DNA from: Camelus ferus
Taxonomy: Eukaryota
Assembly (NCBI RefSeq): GCF_009834535.1
Contig: NC_045697.1
Coordinates: 93,560,001 to 93,624,000 of the forward strand
Reading direction: 5' to 3'
Length of the DNA stretch: 64,000 nucleotides
Positions 1-12,733 of this stretch are shown here, piece by piece; position 1 is the stretch's first letter; each line of letters opens with the position of its first letter. The notes beneath the pieces are model-generated. The model made no database searches and was not told the origin of the DNA. It worked only from the letters and a program-made list of their open reading frames with translations. Both the position numbers and the translations under genes were made by a program.

Positions 1-1002
1 TAATTATCTCTATTTCTTCTTGAGACAATTTCCTAGGAAGTTCTGGGGCAATTGAAGGTGAGTCATACTCTGTATCCTTCTCTCCAAAATTCTTCAGGAC
101 TCAGGAGAATGTCAGGGGAACTGGGCAAGTGGCAACAAATCTAGCCACTTCTCTTTTACCACTTCCGGCATTTCTTCAAAGCTGTTCTATGCATCACTTC
201 TCCAAAGCAAACTGTTCATCCCAAGCTCATTGACAGGGCAGATTCAGACAAAGGAGGAAGAAGTAGAGCCTGCCTGCAGGTCCCTTCGGAGAAGTTAGCT
301 CCCTTCCCACTCCTCCAGGCACAGGAGCCAAGATGCCCTCTTGGAGATTTGACACATCTCTTTTCTCCCTCTTCTTGTAGTGAGATAGGAGTGTCATGCC
401 CACCTTCATTTACACTGTTTTTCTCCTTCTCAGTTGCCAGACAGAGATCCCTGAAGGCAGGGCTGTGTTCACTCCAGACATTTATTGTTCAATCCTAATT
501 TTAAGATATATTAAGATCTTGTATCCAACACAGTAAGTTCAAGCTCAGAAAGAGGCTCAAATGCTAGCCCTGCCTAGGAATGCCTCCGACCTTGACCTGG
601 GAAGGAGTGGATGGGGGAAGAACTAAACATCCATTAGGGCAGCAGAGCTGACACCCAGCAGACAGCCAGGATTGGTTCCTCTGTAAATCCCTCCCATCAA
701 CAGGAGTATTTACGTTCCCCTCTCCCATCTCCCCAGCGTGGGCCCGAGCACTGGAAGATCCAGTGGGCACTGCAGAGAACTTCCATTTTTCCTCTTCTGC
801 ATTGAAAGGAATTCATATTAGAAAATAAGATATTTCCACTTCTCCTAAATGTGCAGAGAAAGAAGTGTCATGATACAGAGAACTGCCTCCCTCTTGTTTG
901 CTTTTGGAGCCTTTCTTCAGACACCTAAAGATCCTTTGGAGAACCAGCACGATGGAAAAAGGGGTGGGAGTATGTAAGAGACTTGCTTCATGCGTTTTTG
1001 GT

Positions 1003-1472
1003 TGTTTAGAGGTTTAAAGAGCCTGAGGCTTACTTACTTTCAGGTGAACACATTAACTTGCAAAACTTTTATAGATAACTTGCAAAACACAGGAAACCTC
1101 TAGGTTGGAGACAAAGTAATGTATTACTCATAGCACTGCAGGCAGCCTTGGCTTATGTTCGTGTAGTTTTCCACTGGCCCTCACCAGGGCAGTGCAGAGC
1201 AGATCCAGGGGGATGTGTCTGTGTTACATCTGAGAACCCCCGAGTTTAGGAAAACCCCATGTTTTATAAGAAGTCTTCTGGCAAATAGGCCTGGCATTTG
1301 CCTGAGGGAGACACTATTATCCTGGTCAGGAAACGTATCTTTCCTTCTCCAAAAGGAGACACCCATTCTATCTTTCAAGACTCTTTGTGGCATAAACATT
1401 CTTAAGATAATAGTTGTGGACAAAAACTATCACAAGCTGAGTAGGAACACCAGAAAACCACTACCCCCAACA
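1003..1472 (-). mobile_element. Ancient ERV1-class solo LTR remnant (MER67/MER89/MER90-like)
   Basis: TG...CCCCAACA ends. Internal motifs ggagacaaagtaatgtattactcatagcac and gagggagacactattatc...tctatctttcaag resemble recalled ERV1 LTR consensus. No TSD visible. Confidence 0.5.
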
Positions 1473-2789
1473 CATAACACCAGGTGTTCTGTTTGGCAAA
1501 TAACTGTCCCTCCATTTGTATTTGTTTTTGTTTTGTTTTTGCACCAATTTATCCAGATCTTGCACCTCCCCTAGGGATAATTTGTGTCGTTGCATCTTTT
1601 TAAGCTGCAGTTAAAGCCCTGTACCTTTATCTGAACATAGAAACATGGAAATTAAGTGGCAAAGGAGTGCCTCACAAATATTACATTTGAAAAGTAAAGG
1701 AAGGTGAGGGTATATTTCTGGGTTTATGTATTATTTAGCAAACTTGGGTGAAGTTAATAGAGGATCTTCCTGCTTTCAATTGCTCTTTCACTAAGTAAAC
1801 TCAGTAAATGTATTTTAATCAAGTACTTCTGCCTTTCATGTAATGATAATATCAAATAGACACTGACCTTTTGTTTCCGGTTAATCTTACTTTTCAGTGT
1901 TATGACACTTAATAGATTTTTCATAAGTATTTTAATAGGACATTGAGAAGATGCAATGACACCTGCTAGCCAAGTAGCATTTTGATTTGGAATGTTGTCT
2001 TTTACATTCCTTCCTCTTTGGAGAATATGGAGATGAAAATCACATATGCCTGGTCAAGGAACACAACTGATTCCTTAACTAATATCTGTCTCGTATCATC
2101 TCTGTTTACATCCTTTCATGCCTTCAGTTTTTTTCTCTTTCTATATTTTGTCTTATTTTTCCACCTTCAACACATTTGTGGACATCCAGCCTACTAATCC
2201 ACTGTTGGAAATCTAATTTTTTTCTGATTTGGGGGTCCGTTAAGTTTCCTGGATGAAATCGGGAGTGATTTTATTTAAGGCTTATAGTTTTCATTTCAGA
2301 ATTGTATATTTATTTCAAACTCTAGATCCAAGTGGCATGCGTGGATCTTCTAACATCCCTCGGCATGACTTTCACTCCCTTGGCCCCGGTGATCTTTAGT
2401 GTTTTAAATAGCTTGCTATTACTTTCAGTTGTTTTCTGCTAAGGTAACCATGCTACTTCCAACACTTTGTTTATAACTCCCTTTGTGACTTTTTTTTCAA
2501 CCTGTTCCTAATGAATTTATAAGATTTGAGTTCCATGTCACTAACACTTTTCTACACTCTACTGCATTTGTTGTAGTACATTAAACAGCTTCTAGAAGAC
2601 CCCACAGAAAACTGAAATTCATCAAACGTCAGTCATGCTTTATGATAGAGCCACTGTAAATGTGGTGTGGGTCACGTAATACAAAAACTCTTAATTTAAG
2701 GAAAATTTAATTGTTAACAGTTATAGAAAGAGACAGTTCCGAAGGTCCTACACATTCTTACTGGTATCCTGGGAATAGATGCAATGGAC

Positions 2790-2990
2790 TGGTCACTCTT
2801 TATATGGGCTGTTTCTCAGGGAAGTACTTGCAGTCTTGATGTAATACCGCCCCTCCAGACAAAGAGCAGGTTTACAGCAAGAGTGGTAGGTGACGTCAGC
2901 TCAGTGTTTCTTTCCTGCAGTGAAACCCTGTGTGCAGTCCTCCACTTCAGCCCACCCGTGTTGCCTCTTAGGGGTTGGGGCACGTGAGGA
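2790..2990. promoter_or_regulatory. Candidate enhancer/promoter motif cluster (CArG-like, GC box, CRE, E-box)
   Basis: CTTTATATGG 2798-2807 (one mismatch to CArG), CCGCCC 2847-2852, perfect CRE TGACGTCA 2891-2898 and CACGTG 2981-2986, all in non-repetitive sequence. Confidence 0.35.
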
Positions 2991-3949
2991 AAGAGCACTA
3001 ATAAGAAACTCTTGCTACAACTTCTGTCTTGAGTAGTAAAGCTATTTGTCTCTGTTCCAGGTGTGTTGTGTGTTATGTCAGCATCCATGAACGTTAACCG
3101 ACTGATTGTTTAGCTTGTAATTATGGTAAAATCTTAGATCTCTTACAGTTCTGTGTGATAATGGATAAGATCTGTTATCAAAAATAATTGAGAGCTAACT
3201 GTTGGAAGTTTGCATAAATATTTATAGCTAATTCAGTTTTATTTAATGAGGAGTGTATTTATTGAAACCAAGAAATAATCTTTATTAGTTGTTACTAATC
3301 TAGAATCAGAGCAGGAAAACTTGAACAGACTGTTATAGTTATCTTTATAAATTACTGAAAGTAGTAAAAATATAATCGTACAAAAAGTTCAGTTTCAAAA
3401 ATTATGTTAATATGTGTTACCAATTGCAAAAGTGGCCTCAATTTCTTTTTTAAATGTTAAAAAATAATTAGTAAAGCAAATGTCTGAATTCAGAATTATG
3501 TAAGGCTTGTACAGATGGTGACATTCATGAATTGAAATGATAATCAACACTTTGGGTGAAAATGGTTATTTTTATTGTTCTAATCTGTAAAATCATTATA
3601 CTTCTACATGATAGTGACTTTTTCAGTATTCATAATCATTTTTCCCTAGACAATAGTACTAAAATATTAAGTAAATGAATTTTTTCTGTAAGTTTTTTGA
3701 ATATCAGTGGATAAAGAAAAAGGAGATTCAAGTTTTAAAACCTCTAGAGCTAATCAGAGATTCCATAAGAGGCGAACTAATTTTACAGTGATTTTTTTTT
3801 TTAAGATAAAATTGTGCTCTGGAATGACATCTGATTTTTAAATTTTGAATAATTATTCATTTTAAAAATTGATAATAATAACAAGGAGAATATTAAAATG
3901 ATCCATTATTCCTGATAATCACTCTGGATATTAAAAATAGGCATAGATT

Positions 3950-4520
3950 TAATGCATGCAAAAGGTAAGAGTCATCAGTCAGTTTATTAAGGTGTGAAAT
4001 AAAAATGAACGTCACCCCACAGCTTTTTAACCTCACTAATACTTCTCCCCACAAATATATTGTTTAAAGCTTTTTCTTGCTTATCCTTTCAGAAAAATAT
4101 TTTTAGCTACTTACATTATTTTTTATAATGTAATTTCCATGCCTGCACTAAATTTGTATAACCTCATTATTTTTAACATTTCCAGAGTAATTTGTTGCAT
4201 GAGTGTAACAAAATTTAATAATTGGTTCTCTGTTAATAATATTTGTAGGTTTGCAGCCCCCACCTCTTACATATATATTGATGCACTTTTTCAAATTTAC
4301 TGACAGCTTACTTTTTAGCCGTGAAATTGTTGGGTAGAGACTGTGTTTTTTTCCTAAAAATATGAACAATTTGTGTTCTCATTCATAGTGGGAGTTCCTG
4401 TTTTAGCACAGAATGTCATAGAGAATTCATGTTTAAATATTTCTATGCATTTCCTGTTTCTTAGATTATTATCACTTATTTAGCCTGTTGATAAATCTAT
4501 TAATACACTGAGAAGACTAG
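3950..4520 (-). mobile_element. Highly diverged old L1 (L1ME-like) 3' fragment
   Basis: Degenerate similarity to old L1 3' UTR/ORF2-end motifs in reverse orientation. Boundaries approximate. Confidence 0.35.
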
Positions 4521-5129
4521 CAAATATGAAAGATTTTTAACTTACATAACATTAACTAACTGGTGTTGGAAAACTAAAGCAACCTAAATATTTTGTGGAA
4601 TCTGTGTGATTGACTTCTTTTTATCTGGAGTATCTCATAGGAATTAAAAATATAAACTGTTTAGTGTGCTCCTGTAAAAGATGACATTGTGGATGAAACC
4701 CTAGGTTAGAATATATGGGAATTCAATCCAAAATGTGGCAAATACATTAACATCATTGTATGTATATAATTATTTTGCAGTACAGCATTCTGATTTGCTA
4801 ACTCACGTGTCCCTTTGACTTTTAGTGGTAGCTACTTACCCTATCCTTATGTTCAGTCAAATAACTTAAATATTTAGAGTCAACATGTTATATCCCTGAA
4901 ATATGGAATTTCATAAAAATATATTTTACCTACATTAAAGAGTAAATTTTAAATATATGTATTCTACTGTTACAAAGCTATCTTTGCCTGTATTTTTCTG
5001 TTCCTTTTGATGTATCACATTGTCATCATTATATTCATACTACTTACTCTGAATGGAAACAGTCTCTTCTTTTAATTCTATTTAAATATGCCAACATAAA
5101 GGCATCTTAAAATCACCCGCACTGCAGCG

Positions 5130-5340
5130 TTATAAACTACTATATATAACACAGAATCAATAAGCTCGTACTGTATAGCACAAGGAAATACATGTACTAT
5201 CTTGTAATAACCTATAATGATGAAGAGTCTATATGTGTGTGTGTGTGTGTGTGTGTGTATAAATGTATAGCTGAATCTGTACACCAGAAACAAACACAAC
5301 ATTGTAAATCAACAATACTTCAATTAAGAAAAAGAAAGGA
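5130..5340 (+). mobile_element. 5'-truncated artiodactyl-type L1 3' end
   Basis: ctgtatagcacaaggaaatac...acattgtaaatcaacaatacttcaatt followed by an A-rich tail. Diverged TSD aaaatcacccgcac (5109-5122) / aaaatcaaccacac (5340-5353). Internal (TG)n at 5234-5258. Confidence 0.85.
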
Positions 5341-8199
5341 AAATCAACCACACGGGCCCTGGGTAATACATAGTATTTCATCCCAATCGTTTAACATCAG
5401 AAGTTCTACAATCATTTTATGGCTTCAAAAGATAAAAAAGTACTTGCTTTTAGACCACTACTCTGATTTTTATAAAATCCAAGCATTTGTAATATTATAA
5501 CAAGAATTTTAACCATCAAACTAGCATCCTAAATATTTAAATATGCACATGGCCTTTATTTGAAATTCTCTTTAAACGCAGGGTGACAGAAGGGCTGCTG
5601 TAGCAGAGAGTCAGACGCAGACTTTCCTGACGGGTGCCAGACTGCGCGTGTGCTGCCGCAGACGGGGCCTGCTGAGCAGCTCTTCTGCCTTACACACGCT
5701 CTGCAGCCAGACTTCTAGATGTGCATGCCGTGAGCTCTGTGGATGCTTTTACACGTCTGAACACTGTTTCTCTGTGGCTGAACAAGTAATTTTAAAGGGA
5801 TATTTTTGTTAAATCCCCTTACCATGAAACATTAAATCAGTGTTTGAAACAGGCTGCACTTACTTCCATGTATGTATAATAAAGTATTTAAATTTGCTTT
5901 AAAATTCCCAAGTGATAAGCAAGTAAAAAATTATATACAAAAGACATGGTTATATGAAATGAGATAGTGAAAATTATGTGAGGCAGAAATGAGTATCTTT
6001 GAAACATACTTACCAATGAATATTAAATGGATGGGCTGTTTTGTTTGGGGATGTGTGTATGTGCATGTGTGAGTGTGCACACAGAGGCATATCCATATAT
6101 ATTTATACGAAGTTTTAAAAATTACTTTATAAATTTTAATCGCTGTCTTTAGCTAACCTTGTCTTAGTCATCATTAGTTTTCTACTGGTTGCCCACAACA
6201 ACAGGCAGAAATGACTCAGAGAATTATAAACACTAAAAAGTCTTGTTATAAACATAAATTCCTATAATGAGCAACTGAATCCAAAAATGAAATATAAGTG
6301 ATACTGCTTTTAGGACTACAAACTAGGCAGCTTCTAGTTTTGCTTTCACAGTAAACATTTTTTTTTTAACTTTTTAAAAACAGGATCCACAGAGCTATCA
6401 GATTTGAAGTACAGTGTTCCAGTACTCTGAGCCTCTCTGCATAGGCCTGCAAGCATTCATTTGGTTCATCACACAAATCTAATCATTTTAGAAGTTCAGC
6501 TGTACAGTATGGTGAACATAAACTTGAACAACTTTCTAAGAAGTCAAAAGCTATTTATGAATAATAAATTTAAAAACTAGAACTAACATTGGAGATTTGC
6601 TATGACAATAACAACGTTTAACAAATATTTAAAAAAAAATGACTAAGCATTCTCAACCAAGTTCATCATCTTTGAGATTTTACAGTAAACACAAATATTA
6701 TAAAAATAAACAAAGAACAAGCAAAAAACCAAATGTTAATTAGCAGTTTCTCTCCATCTTAGTCATCTTCATAATTGAACTTTGTATTTCATTAAATTTC
6801 AGTTAGGTTTGTAATTATAAGTAAGATTGCTTTCATCAAAAGTGGAAGGCACATATATTAACAGACGCATAGGGTAAGTGAAACATTGATGGAATCCTGT
6901 AAAGGTGGTAATAAAGATAGAAGGACACTAGTTTCAATTCAAAAGAAATAATGAGTATAATAATGTCTTGATGCTAGGCACAAAAACTTTGTATGTAGAG
7001 TCAAAACTGCATTGTCTTTCAAAAAAAGTTTTTTAAAGACTATAAAGCAAAGGAAGATAATGTTGGGAATATATTTTTAATTGAATGAGGGGAGTTTGAT
7101 CTAAGAGATTGAAAAAAACAAAATTTAAGTTTAATGAATAAAAACCCAGAGTATTAAAGGGAAATAGATTTTTAAAAACACAAGATATATGTGTTTATAA
7201 TTATGTCATTTTTGTTTTATATTTGAGAAGGAAACTATTATGATGGTCTGTTCAAGGTTGAGGGGGGCCAGGATCACTGATAAGGGACTTTCAGGAGGAA
7301 AAGAAGAGCATATTAAATAGAAGTAAAAATAAGATGTATAATCTCTATACCAGAAAATAGTTTCAATTAATTACATATGAGAAGGCTTGGCATTTGTGTT
7401 AATACCAGCAAGAAATTACTTTCCTTACATATTTTAAATACTAAAACTAATATTGGAGATTTGCTCTAACAGTAAAAACAGCAATAATAATTACAACAGT
7501 AACAACAATTTTTAAAAGGTTTTATTTATTGAATATTTTCTGTATTCCAAACACTTAACTTTCCTGTCTTTTGTTTCATAAAACAAAACTTAAACATCTA
7601 AGATTGCCCTAAGAGTAATGGAAAGTGATGTACTCAGAGGTGTGGGATACGAAGGTGGAGACTGAGTTTTCAATATAGTGTGTTGGAAAAATGAGCCTGG
7701 CTAATCTAAAGCAGATTAAAAAATATATATGCTCGTCCTCCATATTTTGGATCCAAGTGAGGACACCAAAATAACATGTTTTATACAAAAACCTGCTGTT
7801 GAATTTACACTTCCACACTCTCAAGTCTGACTTGCTCAAAGCTGCAGTTGGGATTCTAATATCTCTGTAGGTGGACCATATAATTATGCTAACTTCTCTG
7901 ACTCATTCCTCTTTCTTAACCTGCTTTTAATTTAACCAGGCTCATTTTTCACACAAGTGGAAGCCTTCTCATATCTAATTAATTAAAACTATTTTCTGTT
8001 ATATAGATTACACATCTTATTTTTGCTTTTATTTAATCTATTACTTCCCTTAGTAACAAGAAACACTGTTATCAGCTATTACCTTTGTTCCAAGAGTTTT
8101 CAGTGCAGTCTGTGGTTTCAGTACAGCTGACAGTCTTTGCTGTTTGAGACATTCATTATCATCTCTGGCTATACTTGAGAGACAGAAGCAGATAAACTC

Positions 8200-8445
8200 T
8201 TTTTAAAAAAATTTACTGAAGTGTAGTTGATTTACAATGTTAGTTTCAGATGTACAGCAAAGTGATTCAGTTATATATATACATACATATATATTTTCTT
8301 TTCAGATTATTTTCTATCATATATATAATTACAAGAAATTGAATATAGTTCCTTGTGCTATATAGTAGGTCCTTGTTGTTTATCTATTTTATATGTAGTA
8401 ATGTGTCTGTTAATCTCCAACCCCTACTTTATCGCCTCTCCCTGT
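8200..8445 (-). mobile_element. 5'-truncated L1 3' end
   Basis: tactgaagtgtagttgatttacaatgt...gaatatagttccttgtgctatatagtaggtccttgttgtttatctatttt is the reverse complement of the same L1 3' UTR family. Confidence 0.85.
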
Positions 8446-9044
8446 CCTCTGATCCAGTAGCTCTGTGGGGGTGTTTGGGCAGCTGCATCTCTTTTTCAGT
8501 CTTCGTTGGGATTCCAGTGCACAGTTAGATTAAAGAAGCACTAGTGGGTAGTTATTAATATTCCACAAGTAGCAGCTTAGCAGAAAGCAGCCATGTTCAT
8601 TTGCAATTCAATGGAATTTAAAGGGTTCATTACTTTGTCACTTTCAAAGGAGACAAAAAGGCTATACCAAAGTGGAGTTAATTAACTTATTAGAGGTCAT
8701 AAAATGCTGCACTAGGTTTTTATCATTGGCCAGTCTAGTCCAGACCTCTGACAGTGAAATGGACAATACAAATCATTACTGGGGAATTTTTGTTTAACCT
8801 AAATCAGTTAATGATTCTTTCCTTTTTCCTTCTGGCACAGTAGTTTGTGCTTTTTCACAAAGACTGTGGAAAAGAGGGAGGACCTGCAGGGGTCTGTGAT
8901 TGTCCTGGTGCTTTCCCTGAGTCTAAATGGGTGAGTAGGTCCCAATTCTGTCAGAGGTCGCTGACTCAGATCAAACTGTAATCTCTGATCCAATTTTAGA
9001 AAGCTGATACTTTGATCTTGATCTCAGTTTTCTCTGTTATTCAC

Positions 9045-9312
9045 TTGTAGTGGGTTATGACCATGAACTATGGAACCAGACTGTGTCTGTTCCAGTATCA
9101 ACTCTGATACTTTCTAAGTATGTGACCTTAGTGGGTCACGCTATCTCTTTTGCACCACACTTTGTTCAGCTGTCAAATGGGGATAATTTAGTCCCTACTT
9201 CCTTGAGGTATGTGAGGGAAACATAATTTAGTTAATCTAAAGTGATTAGAATGCTTCTTGGCACACTGTAGTCAATAAGACTTTGCTGTTTGCTAATATT
9301 TTTATTATTATT
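9045..9312 (+). mobile_element. MIR SINE, near full length
   Basis: Matches recalled MIR order: tagtgggtta...ggaaccagactg...tgtgacctt...ctgtcaaatggggataat...cttggcacac...caataa. Confidence 0.75.
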
Positions 9313-9589
9313 GAGAAAAGTGTGTGATCAGCTGACTTTTCATAAACTCCGTTAAGATAATACCAATTTAGTGGATTTTAAAAATGGAAATGTCGAGTAG
9401 AACAGAATGATCATCAATGTGTTAGTGCATTCTCTGGCTCAAAATAGGCAAGCTAATTGGGTCACCACATTATAGTATGATGTTTATTCTTTAAAAAAGA
9501 TTTAGAGTGAGATGAGTTATCCATATAATTAAAAACATAGATATATTTATTCTAAAGTAATAGGTCATCATTTCATTGACTAGGATAAT

Positions 9590-10860
9590 CTTCCCAAAGT
9601 ATGTTTTTAATCTAATAAATGTTTTACATCTACTATAATATTATGTAATGGGAATGCAGCAGTAAATACAGTAGGCATGATCTAACTTTGAAGAATCTGT
9701 AGGGAAAAATAAGCAATTAGAATGTAAGTAAGCCTTATCAAGTGCTCTAACATGGAAAAATTAAGATTTTCATGAAAGACAGGTGTTGGGACTTCTACCT
9801 AGTTAAGTTGGAAGAGGGGCAGTGTCCAGGACTGCTTTCTACAGAGGAAACAAAACAGCAATAATACTAAAACAGAAGAAGGTCGATTATAATTTAGCTA
9901 TGTGATGTGTGGTAAGCATATGCCTAAAGTCAATGTATGTTACCTCAGAAGAGCTGAGAGAGATGCAGTGTGTCTGGTGCAAAGAATGGGGAAGCAGTGA
10001 AGTAGATGAGAGAGAGCAAGTGATTAGTTAGGCATGAGACAACTAATGAGGAGCCTGTTCTCAGTCTTTTTAAGACTTCGAAGATATTATTAAAAATAAC
10101 AATTATCTTGAAAAATTTGAAGCCAGATCTATTCACTTCCTCTAACAATGTGTCCACCGTTCCATACACACACACCCACACAAGCGTGCACACACACAAG
10201 CAAAGGGATAAACATGTAACATAAACCTGGTGAGTCAGATGCTGAAAAGTTTTTCAGTCTTGAAGTAGGGATACCAGGATGGAATACTGGTGAAATAAGA
10301 TGAAGTAACACTGATGAAATAAGGTGGAAGGGCACAGTGATTACACAGAAGCAGCACTGCGAATAATAGGTGTTTTCCTCTGCTAGCCCACCGTCTTCTC
10401 TAGCCTCTTATTCATCATTCAAGTCCACTCTTTGCTGATGATAATCAAAATCTGATTTTGTCGCTTGTAATCAAGAGTCCAGATTAATAAAATTACTCAG
10501 TAAAAGTATACCAAGTGAGAATAAAAATCCCTGGATAGTTTTCTGGGAAAGAGCAATAGTTGGTGATGGTAAAGCATTAAGATACTGTCCAAGAGCATGG
10601 GAATGCGCAGGCAGGGAGGTAGGTGAGAACAAGGCAGAGTTTGTTGACTCAGACATCAAGGAAGGAGATTTGAAAAGGGATCATGTGTTCAGCTGTGCGA
10701 ATGGTGCCTGGAGGTTAAGTAAGAATAGGAATAAATACCAATCTTTAAATATAGGGGCCAATAGAATATTAATGACCTATACAGGATGTAGGAATGATGA
10801 GGACAAGGTTATCTTACTGGGCTGAGGTATAACTGAAGGGAAGGCATTAGAAATAGTTAA
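9590..10860 (-). mobile_element. L2 LINE relic (fragmented)
   Basis: Purine-rich, with L2 reverse motifs such as cagctgtgcgaatggtgcctggaggttaagtaagaatagga...atgacct and a degenerate L2 3' tail near 9600. Confidence 0.55.
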
Positions 10861-10959
10861 CATTATGGTAACTTCATCCAATTGTAAAATAATATGTATG
10901 TTCTAATCTCCATTTTTCTAGTCATCTTACTCCAACACCACTCCAGAATTTTATACATT

Positions 10960-11930
10960 TAATTTCAACTTCCTATTTTACATCCCCAAAAGAACATATC
11001 CAATAATGAACTCATCATCTTTCACCCTGAATCTATCTTACAACAATTTTCCTTGTCTTGGTTGATAGAAACTTTATCCTAATTGTTGCTCAGAGAAAAA
11101 CCTTGGAGACATTCTTTTTTTTTTCCTTGGAGACATTCTTGACTCTTCTTTTTCTTTCACTTGTTACACCCAATCATCTACAAAGTCTGTTTGTTTTACC
11201 TTTAAGATAATTCCAGAATCTGACCACTTCTCATCTCCTCACTGGTACCTGCTCCTGGCAACCATACCTGTGATCAGGATTGAGCACGGCCTTCTTGCTG
11301 GCCTCTCTTAGCCTCCCATGGCTACAGCATGATGCTCAGTATCGTCATTGGAAAATGCGATCAGATCATGCAACTTCTCTGCTCTGAACATTTCAAAAGC
11401 TCCTATTTCATTCAAAGTAAAAGCTAAAGACCTCACCAAGCTTGCAAAACCCTACATTATCTTATTATGCATTTTCCTGCTCGTTTTTTTTTTTTTTTTC
11501 TGTTTTCATGATTCACTCCACTCTAAGCAAAGTGGACCCATTGTTTTGCTTAAGTCTAACCATCATCCTACTTTCAGTTTTTGTGCAGGTGATTCTCTCT
11601 GCGTGGAATGTTTTTCCCAAATATATCAACACATCCAAACCTCTAATCTCCTTAAAATATTTATTCAAATGTTGCTCCATTGTAAAGCCTATTAGGGGTC
11701 CTTATTGCAAACTGCAACTTGCCTTCAGCAAATACCCAATTCCTTATCCTCTGTTGCAATTGCTACCATCTAATATATTGTGTAAATATTTATTCTGTTT
11801 ACTATTTGGGAGTTCCCACACTAGAATATAAGTTATGTACTTCTTGTTTTGTTTTTAAAAAATTATTATCTAAGTTACAAGTTATAGCAATTATTGAAGC
11901 AAAGTAGGTACTTGATATTTATTTTGATTG
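10960..11930 (+). mobile_element. L2 (L2a-like) LINE 3' portion
   Basis: aacatatccaataatgaactcatcatct...gttgctcagagaaaaaccttggagacattcttgactc...ccagaatctgaccacttctcatc...ccacactagaatataag...agtaggtact follows the L2 consensus order. Confidence 0.8.
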
Positions 11931-12733
11931 TAATTATGTTTTTCAAGAAGTTTAACTGTAAAGGGAAGAGAAAGATCAGGGACTAAATGAAGAGAACATA
12001 GAGTTGAGAGGTTGAATTTTCTGCTTCTAGCTTCTTTTTGTTTAATCAAGGATAATAAACATGCATACATTTTGGGAAGGAGCCAGTAAAGGACAGATTA
12101 AAGTGACAGAGGACAGAGAAAGATAGTCAAAGCATTTTCTAATATTTTCCCTTACCTGTTCTCTAGCATTACCATCTTCATGTGCTATATAATCTTATAC
12201 AAATAGAGTAAAAATAATAATAGACTTTCTGCTTAATGCATCATAGTTTCTTCAGAGTAATAATTTAAGAATAAGCTACTTCAAATTTTAGGTATTTTCA
12301 ACCTTGTCAGTCACAGCTGTACCGGATACTAGTTTAGTCATATATATGAAATTACATCTGTATTTTTCTAGATTTCAGTGTTTAATCTTCAGGAAGTAAC
12401 CTTGTTTCTTGTAGTTTTAATTTCTTAGGAGAAAATTAGAGTCATATTTATGTACCAAACCATTCAAAATAGATGACAACTTATCACATTCTATGTTAAT
12501 TGTAACGAAGAATATTCTGCTAATTTATAACCATTATAAGATATGTTAACATTGGTAGCAACTGTTCATGTTGAACTCACACTTAAACCTATAATTTCAT
12601 ATGAACCTGAAAAATACTAGAACAGGAAATATCTGCCACCCACCTCAGAATAAAACATTAAAATTTTTAATCGTATAATAGGACACACTTCATAACATAT
12701 ACCTGTATTGCATTAAGAGTGTAGGTTAATTTC

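Noticed and set aside
1215..1574. 119-aa ORF
   Set aside because: Lies largely within an LTR remnant, starts at a non-ATG codon and has no recognisable domain.
6384..6445. Possible terminal exon after tttttaaaaacag
   Set aside because: All frames stop within about 20 codons, the peptides are unrecognised and there is no other support.
11348..11831. Overlapping 115- and 129-aa ORFs
   Set aside because: Inside a decayed L2 and crossing a poly-T run. Chance open frames.
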